This document shows, piece after piece, positions 52,315 to 60,447 of a stretch of 64,000 nt of DNA. The stretch's first letter is position 1. Each line of letters begins with the position of its first letter. The DNA is from Methanobacteriota archaeon (lineage in GTDB: Archaea; Thermoplasmatota; Thermoplasmata; SG8-5; JAGLSY01): the NCBI GenBank assembly GCA_020697715.1, contig JAEHCO010000001.1:892490-956489 (forward strand), written 5' to 3'. Under the pieces are notes generated by a model. The model was given only the letters and a program-made list of their open reading frames with translations. It had not been told where the DNA came from and did no database searches. Both the position numbers and the translations under genes were made by a program.

Positions 52315-52963
52315 ATGCACCATACCCTTTTAGATTTTTCAAACTGAGCTTGATATGTTCAGCTCCATTCTTCTCGGCTGGCATTCCATGGCCTGGGTAA
52401 AGGGAAACTATGGGGAGCTCCGCGAGGGCTTCGATAGATTTGAGCAACATCTTGAAATCCCCGGTTGGAAGGTCCCAGCGACCGACACCACCTTCGGTGA
52501 ACACAGTATCTCCGGAGAATAATCCGCCTTCACTGTCCAGAAGACAAATGCCCCCGGTCGTATGTCCCGGGGTCTTCATGACCTTCAATGATCCGCCGTC
52601 TCCCAGATCGATGACATCGCCATCATCCAGATCGACAACATCCATGGGCTTGACCCTTGTTCCGAACATCCTGGCTCCCGTGGATTCCGGGTCACCCTGG
52701 CGTAGAGCTTCCGCCTCTTCCTTCTGCGCGTATATCGTTCCACCGAACTTTTTCTTAATAGCCAAAGCCCCGCCGATATGATCCACATGCCTGTGGGTGA
52801 GTATGATCTTGTCCAGTTCTTTCCCGCCCAATGCTTGCTCTATCTGGGGTGCTATTCTATCGATATTGGCATCCCATCCAGTGTCGATAATAACTGGATG
52901 GTCTCCCTCTATCAGGTAAATATTGCCGCTGAAGCCACCACCCTCAATGAAATGGATCATCAT
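52307..52963 (-). CDS. MBL-fold metallo-hydrolase
   Basis: THRHVDHIGG, TPGHT, LFSGD and YPGHG; start placed at MMIHF. Confidence 0.88.
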   Translation of the reverse strand: MMIHFIEGGGFSGNIYLIEGDHPVIIDTGWDANIDRIAPQIEQALGGKELDKIILTHRHVDHIGGALAIKKKFGGTIYAQKEEAEALRQGDPESTGARMFGTRVKPMDVVDLDDGDVIDLGDGGSLKVMKTPGHTTGGICLLDSEGGLFSGDTVFTEGGVGRWDLPTGDFKMLLKSIEALAELPIVSLYPGHGMPAEKNGAEHIKLSLKNLKGYGAYG

Positions 52964-53067
52964 GCTTCTGATAATGATATCAATGGTATAAATGCGTTTC
53001 ATTGATGTGATATGTATATCCATATTATCAATAATTATTATTATGAATAAGTACCTTGTACTCGCAT

Positions 53068-54279
53068 ATGACAAGTCGTGTGTATGTGCGAAACTTCGAT
53101 GACCCGCGCCAGATAGAGGCCGAGATGAATAGGATCGGTGTCGATATCGGAGGCGTGGACGTTATGGTTCCTAAGGGTCGATTCTTCACTTTCATTCTCA
53201 GGGACATCGACCCCAGGGCGGCCAATATCATCAAGCAGGAATTCTTAAGCAAAGGTGGTGAGGCGGCTCTCGCTTACCATTGCCTATCAGATCTTGACAA
53301 ATGCAGTGACATGCTTCTCATGGCCACCGAGAAGCAGTATAATATTATTATTTCTAAATTTCAAAAGCAGCCCTTTGGGCTCAAGGACATCGCGGTACAG
53401 CTCGAAACCGCGATGGCCAACCTCGATTGCCCAAGAGATTTCAGCATCTCATGCGGTAATAAGATATTCAAAATTGGAGGCCACACCTGGATAATGGGAG
53501 TTCTGAATGTCACTCCCGACTCTTTCTCGGATGGTGGGAAATTCTCCAATGTGGAGGAAGCTGTGGCTCATGGTATGAGGATGGCGGAAGAAGGAGCTGA
53601 CATTATAGATATTGGAGGCGAATCCACCAGGCCAGGTTCTGCTTCGATCAGCGTGGATGAGGAACTTGGTCGGGTTATACCTGTGATCGAAGAGCTCGTC
53701 AAGATCACGGAGATCCCCATATCCATCGATACTTCCAAGCCAGAGGTTGCTGAGGCTGGCATTGATGCTGGCGCATCAATGATAAACGATATTACGGGAT
53801 TGGCAGATGAAAGGATGATGAAATTGGCTGCCGAGAGGGATGTGCCAGTGGTCATCATGCACATGTCCGGAACTCCCACGGACATGCAGAAAGACCCAAA
53901 TTACGATGATGTGGTCTATGACATCATCGATATCTTCATGGAACGGGTTGCGCGGGCGGTCGAGCAAGGCGTGTCAAGAAATAATATCATCATAGATCCT
54001 GGCATCGGCTTCGGCAAGACACTGGATCACAATCTGCAGATATTGAAGAGACTATCGGAATTCAAGATACTGGGTCTTCCTATCCTTGTAGGAGCTTCCA
54101 GAAAATCCTTCATTGGAAAGCTTCAGGGCACTGATGAGGATGAAAGACTGGAGGGCAGTGTGGCAGCGGCGATCATATCCGCGATGAATGGCGCGGATAT
54201 TGTTAGGGTTCATGACGTGAAGGAGACAAAGATGGCACTTTTGGTTGGTGATGCCATAGGTTCTTCTGGAAATTTATAA
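53068..54279 (+). CDS. folP: Dihydropteroate synthase with N-terminal extension
   Basis: MGVLNVTPDSFSDGG, IGGESTRPG, DPGIGFGK, SRKSFI and VRVHDV. Confidence 0.93.
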   Translation: MTSRVYVRNFDDPRQIEAEMNRIGVDIGGVDVMVPKGRFFTFILRDIDPRAANIIKQEFLSKGGEAALAYHCLSDLDKCSDMLLMATEKQYNIIISKFQKQPFGLKDIAVQLETAMANLDCPRDFSISCGNKIFKIGGHTWIMGVLNVTPDSFSDGGKFSNVEEAVAHGMRMAEEGADIIDIGGESTRPGSASISVDEELGRVIPVIEELVKITEIPISIDTSKPEVAEAGIDAGASMINDITGLADERMMKLAAERDVPVVIMHMSGTPTDMQKDPNYDDVVYDIIDIFMERVARAVEQGVSRNNIIIDPGIGFGKTLDHNLQILKRLSEFKILGLPILVGASRKSFIGKLQGTDEDERLEGSVAAAIISAMNGADIVRVHDVKETKMALLVGDAIGSSGNL

Positions 54280-54286
54280 AGGCATT

Positions 54287-54322
54287 TTGCCCAACTTGTC
54301 CAACTTGCCCAACTTGTCCAAC
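54287..54322. repeat. 9-bp tandem repeat (TTGYCCAAC)x4
   Basis: TTGCCCAAC TTGTCCAAC TTGCCCAAC TTGTCCAAC. Confidence 0.85.
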
Positions 54323-54369
54323 AAGTTAATATACCGCTGTTCGCATAATCAGATGCGTAATGGAATGGT

Positions 54370-54630
54370 GTGAACATGATATTTGTTACAATGATAGAAA
54401 CAATGCCTGGAACTTTTGAAGAATCCCTGAGAGCCATGAAGAGGCTGAAAATTCCAGAGAATATCAAGATCAGAGAGTTCCTGGGTCTTTTTGGTGGCAT
54501 AGATGCGATCATAGTTTTTGAGGCCGAGGATCAGAGGGATGCGGCGGATTTCATCTCCCATATCGCTTGCTATGTCGAATGCAAGACCTCCTTCGCTCTG
54601 CCAATTGATGAATTCACCTGGACAAGATGA
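54370..54630 (+). CDS. Small GYD-like/ferredoxin-fold protein
   Basis: 86 aa; GLFGGIDAIIVFEAED resembles the GYD family signature. Confidence 0.55.
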   Translation: MNMIFVTMIETMPGTFEESLRAMKRLKIPENIKIREFLGLFGGIDAIIVFEAEDQRDAADFISHIACYVECKTSFALPIDEFTWTR

Positions 54631-54662
54631 AAGCACATATTTGGATAAGTATGTGGTGATAT

Positions 54663-55313
54663 TTGGTGTCTCCTTCAGATGACTACAAGAAAAAGGTCAT
54701 AAAACGTTATGATGGCTTCAGTAAATATTATGATTCTCTAGACACTGGTCTGGTACAAACGACCGTCGAGAGGAGGAAAAAAGCGGTTGGACTTTTGAAT
54801 GTCCAGCCAGATCATATAGTTCTCGACGTGGGCACAGGAAGTGGCCTTGTTCTTCCCTGGATCGCTAAGAAACTGATCAGCGGTAAAGTCTATGGAGCAG
54901 ACCTCTCGACCGGGATGCTGGAAAAGGCGCGAGAAAGACTGACACCTGATATTGTAGATCGGGTGGAGCTGAAAGTGGAGGACATCGAAGCCATGACCTT
55001 CGATGATGACTTCTTTGATTCCATGATAGCGACCTACACTTTGACAACAGTTCCGGACCCGTGGAAGATGATGAGGGAGTGTTATCGTGTCCTGAAGCCT
55101 GGTGGCGTATTCGTGATGCTGGATACCGGCCCTCCAAGTAAGAAAAGAGGCATACCTGTCTATCTATGGATGCGACTTTCCGCTATCCTATTTGGCTATA
55201 CCAAGATAAACCGGAGGCTGGAAGATTATCTGCCACCAGGACTGGTCATAGAAAGTGAAGAGAGATTTTACGGTTATACCGTGTACTTGACGGTGATGAG
55301 GAAAATTAAATAG
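54663..55313 (+). CDS. Class I SAM-dependent methyltransferase (UbiE-like)
   Basis: VLDVGTGSG, ADLSTGML and YRVLKPGG. Confidence 0.88.
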   Translation: MVSPSDDYKKKVIKRYDGFSKYYDSLDTGLVQTTVERRKKAVGLLNVQPDHIVLDVGTGSGLVLPWIAKKLISGKVYGADLSTGMLEKARERLTPDIVDRVELKVEDIEAMTFDDDFFDSMIATYTLTTVPDPWKMMRECYRVLKPGGVFVMLDTGPPSKKRGIPVYLWMRLSAILFGYTKINRRLEDYLPPGLVIESEERFYGYTVYLTVMRKIK

Positions 55314-55340
55314 GCCCATCGATCTTATATTTTTAATGTC

Positions 55341-55388
55341 TGTATAAATATATGTATAAATATATGTATAATTATCTGTATAAAATTT
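55341..55388. repeat. 12-bp AT-rich tandem repeat, TGTATAAATATA x~4
   Basis: Two perfect and two degenerate units. Confidence 0.7.
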
Positions 55389-55417
55389 ATTGTCGAGCCG
55401 TATAGCTCGGCAATAAA
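55386..55417 (-). terminator. Hairpin downstream of tRNA-Trp and the convergent methyltransferase
   Basis: TTTATTGTCGAGC-CGTATA-GCTCGGCAATAAA. Confidence 0.65.
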
Positions 55418-55426
55418 AAAATAAAG

Positions 55427-55678
55427 TGGGAGCACTGGGAATTCCAGTCAAATGTCCTTAAACCAGACATTTGATTTTGAACCCAGATCAACGGGTATCT
55501 GCCGCAGGAATGAGCTATGACATAAGTCAAAGTCATTTTGCCTGCAAAGACCATCTACGGGTCATCGCTCCAGTTATTCATCACATGAAATAGATCGTCA
55601 TCAATCTCATCAGAATACCCGATGGAAATCATTCCTGTAACTGGAGCCCATGAGGATACCGTGTTACCCCATACTCCC
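55427..55678 (-). tRNA. trnW: tRNA-Trp(CCA) with two introns: 55497-55640 (position 37/38, 144 nt) and 55441-55475 (position 59/60, 35 nt)
   Basis: Acceptor GGGAGUA/UGCUCCC+A; anticodon stem AUGGG/CCCGU with loop CUCCAG|A; T-stem CUGGG/CCCAG with loop UUCAAA|U after both introns are removed; BHB-like junctions. Confidence 0.88.
55497..55640 (-). ncRNA. Intron-encoded box C/D guide RNA for Cm34 and Cm39 of its own pre-tRNA-Trp
   Basis: Guides CGGGUAUU-CUGA and GUGAUGA-AUAACUGGAGCG-AUGA; the +5 rule lands on C39 and C34. Confidence 0.8.
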
Positions 55679-55700
55679 ATTTAAGGAGGCATAGCCTAGA

Positions 55701-55808
55701 CTATTTGTTTCTCATCTTCTGGGCTCGCTTTCTGCGCCGCATTTTCTTCTTTCTCCATTTCCAGCGCTGATTGCCCCTTTTTTTCCAGACTCTTGAACCT
55801 CTCTTCAT
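55701..55808 (-). CDS. rpl41e: Ribosomal protein L41e (eS32), 35 aa (not in the ORF track)
   Basis: MKRGSRVWKKRGNQRWKWRKKKMRRRKRAQKMRNK. Confidence 0.85.
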   Translation of the reverse strand: MKRGSRVWKKRGNQRWKWRKKKMRRRKRAQKMRNK

Positions 55809-56046
55809 TGGACATCCTCGGTGGCACAGGGAAACACTCCCCATTTATATGATTTCCGCTTGTTTTGGCCTGTTATTGTATTAATCTTTAGTTCTTAAGG
55901 TTCTCAAATTGTAAAATTCAGATAAAGATGGGTTAGGATAATGGTGTAAATTCAAAGATTGGCACTTTGGTAGAAGCCTTTATAAACATTCATGCGATTA
56001 TCATAGAAGTCTATATACGTAAAGGTAAGGGAAAGGAGGTAATCAT

Positions 56047-57636
56047 ATGGCCCTTTTTGGAGGTAAGAAATCTAAAAAAAGCAAGGTAGTTGCGGAGATA
56101 GAGACTATTCTATCTGATGCGGATACATACCTCAAGAACGGAAATACTGAGAAGTCCGCATCCGAGTACAGGCGTGCTCACAGATACCTTTACCGTGAGG
56201 AGAAGGTTGCCGAGGATCCAGAGGAGTTCTCAGAACTTTATACTCGTACTGGTCACGGTCTATTTGAGACCGGGGAGCCAGATAGGGCGATAGAATGTTT
56301 TGATAAGGCAACTCAGCTATCTCCAGATAATGTCGATGCTTGGCTTAGTAGAGGTATGGTACATCTTAGCAATAAGACCATGCTGAATTATGCTATAATG
56401 TGTTTCAATGAGGTTCTCAAACGTTACCCGAATAGTGTCGAGGCTCTTGAGAACAAGGCCGAGGCCTTCACCTTGGATGGCAGGGATGACGACGCAAAGG
56501 AAGTTTACATTAAATTAATGGAGGTCAATCCATCCAGAAAGGACGAGTATGCCTCCAAAACAGGCGGAGAAGTTCCACCACAATCATTGGATACTATTGA
56601 GGCAATTGATGAAGCCCTTCGTAAGGATCCAAAGGATGTTGAGCTATGGAAAAAGAAGGCTGAACTCCTTGAAGAGAAAAATGATGCTGAAGAAGCTGTT
56701 GAATGTTATTTGAGATTAGGCCATTTGACAGAATCAGATGATCCTTACAAAAAGGTATTGGAACTGGATCCAGATAATGTCCATGCAAAAGAAAAGCTTG
56801 GCATTGAGGCCGAATCAGCTCCTGAGATCGAAATTGCCGAAGAACCTGAAGTCGAGCCAGAGCCGATTCCAGAAATTGCAATTGAAGAGCCTGTTGCTGA
56901 TGAACCCGCACCAGAGCCAGTTGTCGAAGAATTTACTCCTGAACCTGTTATTGAGGAGCCAACCCCTGAGCCCGAACCAGTCATTGAGGAACCAGTTCCA
57001 GAACCAGTCATTGAGGAACCAGAGCCCGTTGCTGATGAACCAGTTCCAGAACCTGTTATCGAGGAGCCAACCCCTGAGCCCGAACCGATCATTGAGGAAC
57101 CAGTCCCAGAACCTATTGTTGAGGAAGTTCCTACTGAAGAGGCACCAATGTCCGAAGAAGACCTGATCTCAAAGGGAGATGAATACTTTGAGAATGGGGA
57201 CTTTGATAATGCACTTGCTTGCTTTGACAAATTGGCAGAGCTCAAACCCGATGACCCAGATACACTTCATAATAAAGCCGCAGTTCTATTCCAATTGGAA
57301 AGATATGATGATGCCGTAGGTGTCTTTGACAAGCTTTTGGAGCTCGATCCAGAGGATGTCACTGCTTATCTTACCAAGGGCGCATCCCTTTACAGAGCCG
57401 GCAAATATGATGACGCTATCAATACCCTAAATAATGTCGTGAAGAGGGACATGAACAATGGAACTGCCTGGTATTACAAAGCCTGTGCAGAGGGTTCAAA
57501 AGGAAATAATCAGCTTGTATTCCCATTCCTCACACGTGCTGTTGGCATAGATGAGGATTTCAAAGAAAGGGCCAAGGACGAAGAGGCCTTTGCGGCAGTT
57601 AGAGAGGAGCAAGCCTTCAAGGACATCATAGGCTAA
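56047..57636 (+). CDS. TPR protein with central Pro/Glu-rich repeat linker
   Basis: GGAGGT RBS; N- and C-terminal TPR repeats; (EPVIEEP)n linker. Confidence 0.85.
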   Translation: MALFGGKKSKKSKVVAEIETILSDADTYLKNGNTEKSASEYRRAHRYLYREEKVAEDPEEFSELYTRTGHGLFETGEPDRAIECFDKATQLSPDNVDAWLSRGMVHLSNKTMLNYAIMCFNEVLKRYPNSVEALENKAEAFTLDGRDDDAKEVYIKLMEVNPSRKDEYASKTGGEVPPQSLDTIEAIDEALRKDPKDVELWKKKAELLEEKNDAEEAVECYLRLGHLTESDDPYKKVLELDPDNVHAKEKLGIEAESAPEIEIAEEPEVEPEPIPEIAIEEPVADEPAPEPVVEEFTPEPVIEEPTPEPEPVIEEPVPEPVIEEPEPVADEPVPEPVIEEPTPEPEPIIEEPVPEPIVEEVPTEEAPMSEEDLISKGDEYFENGDFDNALACFDKLAELKPDDPDTLHNKAAVLFQLERYDDAVGVFDKLLELDPEDVTAYLTKGASLYRAGKYDDAINTLNNVVKRDMNNGTAWYYKACAEGSKGNNQLVFPFLTRAVGIDEDFKERAKDEEAFAAVREEQAFKDIIG

Positions 57637-57645
57637 AGTGATTTT

Positions 57646-58605
57646 ATGAATGAGGTCTGGGTTGAGAAATACCGTCCAAAGACTCTGGACGAGATCGTTG
57701 GTCAGACCGGTGTTGTTGAAAGACTGAAAAGCTATGTGGAGACAATGAACATGCCACATCTCATGTTCGCTGGACCTGCGGGAACTGGAAAGACCACATC
57801 GGCTCTTGCTCTTACGAAGGAGATGTTTGGCGAGAACTGGAAGCTTAATTTTCATGAATTGAATGCCTCTGATGAGAGAGGTATCGATGTGGTGAGGAAC
57901 AAGATCAAGGATTTTGCTCGTACCGCTCCCATTGCTGATACTCCTTTCAAGGTCATATTCCTTGATGAGGCCGATTCGTTAACCTCTGATGCCCAGGCTG
58001 CTTTGAGAAGGACGATGGAGAAATATACTAACACTTGCCGATTCATCCTATCATGTAATTATTCATCAAAGCTCATAGATCCAATTCAATCAAGATGCGC
58101 GGTCTTCAGATTCAAGTCTCTGAATGGCGACGATGTCAAGAAATATCTTCGAAGGATAGCTGTCAGCGAAAAGCTGGGAGTGACCGAGGATGGTATGGAT
58201 GCTCTACTCTATGTTGCAAGTGGTGACCTTCGAAGGGCCACCAATATCATGCAGGTATCCGCATCTTTGGGAACTAAGATCGATGCGGAAGCAGTTTACA
58301 AGACCAGCTCGACTGGCCGTCCGGAAGAATTGAAGAACATGATGATCACGGCATTGAAAGGCGAGTTCATAGAGGCGCGTAATCTACTCGACAAACTTCT
58401 GATAAATTATGGATTGTCTGGTCATGATATCATCAATCAAGTTCACAGGAATGTCTTTGACCTGGATGTGGATGAACATATCAAGATCAAGGTGATCGAA
58501 AAGATAGGCGAGACCGAGTTTAGATTGATAGAGGGAAGCAATAGCAGGATACAGATCGAAGCCTTGTTAGCTTTCATGGTCTCTGTTGGTGGACATGCAA
58601 GATGA
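57646..58605 (+). CDS. rfcS: Replication factor C small subunit
   Basis: WVEKYRP, GPAGTGKT, ELNASDERG, LDEAD and IQSRC. Confidence 0.96.
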   Translation: MNEVWVEKYRPKTLDEIVGQTGVVERLKSYVETMNMPHLMFAGPAGTGKTTSALALTKEMFGENWKLNFHELNASDERGIDVVRNKIKDFARTAPIADTPFKVIFLDEADSLTSDAQAALRRTMEKYTNTCRFILSCNYSSKLIDPIQSRCAVFRFKSLNGDDVKKYLRRIAVSEKLGVTEDGMDALLYVASGDLRRATNIMQVSASLGTKIDAEAVYKTSSTGRPEELKNMMITALKGEFIEARNLLDKLLINYGLSGHDIINQVHRNVFDLDVDEHIKIKVIEKIGETEFRLIEGSNSRIQIEALLAFMVSVGGHAR

Positions 58606-58696
58606 TAGATGGTAACTCCTAATTATTCAGAAACCATTTAATAGGTCTTCTTTAATCTGTGCGCACCAGATAATAAATAATCAAAGGTGAGATAAA

Positions 58697-58846
58697 ATGG
58701 CAAGATTTCCAGAAGCTGAGGCAAGGTTGCTTAACAAGAAGATATGCATGAAATGTAATGTTGGCAATCCAGTAAAGGCTACAAAATGCAGAAAGTGTGG
58801 CTACACCCAGCTTAGGCTTAAAGCCAAAGAGAGCAGAAGCCGATAA
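58697..58846 (+). CDS. rpl40e: 50S ribosomal protein L40e, 49 aa (not in the ORF track)
   Basis: [49 protein letters not shown]; GGTGA RBS. Confidence 0.93.
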   Translation: MARFPEAEARLLNKKICMKCNVGNPVKATKCRKCGYTQLRLKAKESRSR

Positions 58847-58970
58847 GTACGTGCTGATGCTTTCGATTATTATATTCCACTTATCAGCGTGAGCTCTAAA
58901 TGGATATATTTTCTTCAACAAGCTTAGATAGCCCAACACTGCTCGCTCGGTTAGCTCTGCATTATATTGC

Positions 58971-59621
58971 TTATATCTTCTTAGCCAGTACGAAATAGTG
59001 TTGTTCGTCTTCCCCATCGAACATAGCATGCTCCAATGAAGACTGAACGATCTCGAAGCCAGTTTCCTTGATCATGGCTTCGGTCTTCTCTGCTCCGAGC
59101 TGCGACCAGTACATGGGCTCTCCCATGAATTTCTCATCCGGCTCACTGACCCAGTCATCATTGCCGATGGCGATCAGCAGGTAGCCATCGGTTTTCAGGA
59201 TCTTATGTATGTCTGCAAATAATTTCGCTTTCTCCTTGCGGGGAACATGGATGATGGCCAGATAAGAGAAAATACCGTCAAATGATTCAGGCGGGAATGT
59301 CATCCGGGTCATGTCCATCTTGTGGAATTGCCCCCAAGGCACGTTCTTCCTGGCCAGCTCGATCTGATTTTGGGAGAAATCTATGCCCATGATCTTAAAA
59401 TGCTTGGCCAATTCCTTTGTTATCGGAATTCCTGGTCCACATCCGAGGTCCAGAACACATGAATCTCTCGGAAGGTGCTCGGCAAGAATATCGATGTATT
59501 TCTTGTTGCCATCGCTCAATGTTCTGACCTCGGCATATCTTTCAGCCAGCTGGTCGTATCCTTGCTCCACTATCTTCTTCGCATCAGTGGGTTCGAGTAT
59601 ATCATCGTGATTTACAGACAT
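58971..59621 (-). CDS. Class I SAM-dependent methyltransferase
   Basis: VLDLGCGPG, GIDFS and AIIHVP; start placed at MSVNH. Confidence 0.85.
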   Translation of the reverse strand: MSVNHDDILEPTDAKKIVEQGYDQLAERYAEVRTLSDGNKKYIDILAEHLPRDSCVLDLGCGPGIPITKELAKHFKIMGIDFSQNQIELARKNVPWGQFHKMDMTRMTFPPESFDGIFSYLAIIHVPRKEKAKLFADIHKILKTDGYLLIAIGNDDWVSEPDEKFMGEPMYWSQLGAEKTEAMIKETGFEIVQSSLEHAMFDGEDEQHYFVLAKKI

Positions 59622-59625
59622 CCAA

Positions 59626-60417
59626 TTACTTCCCTTTGAAATTCGGCTTTCTTTTCTCGAGGAAAGCTGTAACACCTTCTCTAAAATCTTCGGTATATCC
59701 AGATTGGGAGATCATATGCCTTTCTGCTTCAAGGTGATCCATGATGGTGGAATGTTCGCTTATTCGTAGAAGTGTCTTGGCCCGACCTATGGCCAGTATT
59801 GGACCATTATCGATCCTCTTTGCCATCTTCATCACCTTTTTCATGAGCTCGTCGCCATCGACCACCATATTGATAAGTCCGATCCTGTGGGCTTCCTTGG
59901 CATCGATGGTCTCGCTCAGGAAAATAAGCTCGGCTGCTTTCGCCCGCCCGACCAACTTTGGTAAGAAGAATGTCCCACAGCCAGGTGCCAGTCCGATGTT
60001 CATGAATCCCATATTGAATTTAGCTTTCTTCGAGGCCACTCGAATATCACAGGCCATTGCCAGTCCGCAACCAGCTCCAACAGCATGGCCATTGATGGCA
60101 CAGATGATCGCCTTGTCCATGTTCCACATGCGGATTATCGGACGGTGGATGCCACTGGCCAGCTCTCCCAGGAATTCCGTAGGTTTACCAGCTTCTGCCA
60201 TTGCTTTGACATCTCCACCTGCACAAAATGCTTTGCCAGTTCCAGTTAGGACAATGACATTGACATCGTCATCTTCCTCCAGCTTGGCAAAGACATCGTC
60301 TAGCTCGGCTGAAAGAATATCATCGAAGGCATTCATCTTCTCTGGCTTGTCAAGAGTTATGATGGCTATACCGCCCTCTATCTCGGCCTTGATAGAACTG
60401 TACTCGGGATATTTCAT
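59626..60417 (-). CDS. Enoyl-CoA hydratase/isomerase family protein (PaaG-like)
   Basis: AFCAGGD, INGHAVGAG..LAMACD and EDFREGVTAFLEKRKP. Confidence 0.9.
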   Translation of the reverse strand: MKYPEYSSIKAEIEGGIAIITLDKPEKMNAFDDILSAELDDVFAKLEEDDDVNVIVLTGTGKAFCAGGDVKAMAEAGKPTEFLGELASGIHRPIIRMWNMDKAIICAINGHAVGAGCGLAMACDIRVASKKAKFNMGFMNIGLAPGCGTFFLPKLVGRAKAAELIFLSETIDAKEAHRIGLINMVVDGDELMKKVMKMAKRIDNGPILAIGRAKTLLRISEHSTIMDHLEAERHMISQSGYTEDFREGVTAFLEKRKPNFKGK

Positions 60418-60447
60418 GTGATCTCCAAACCTATCGGGTCATTAATA

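Noticed and set aside
55696-55827. Alternative-frame acidic ORF overlapping rpl41e
   Set aside because: The overlapping frame gives a recognisable L41e; this one has no recognisable features.
58652-59029. 125-aa minus-strand ORF in the track
   Set aside because: It is antisense to rpl40e and overlaps the end of the methyltransferase gene.
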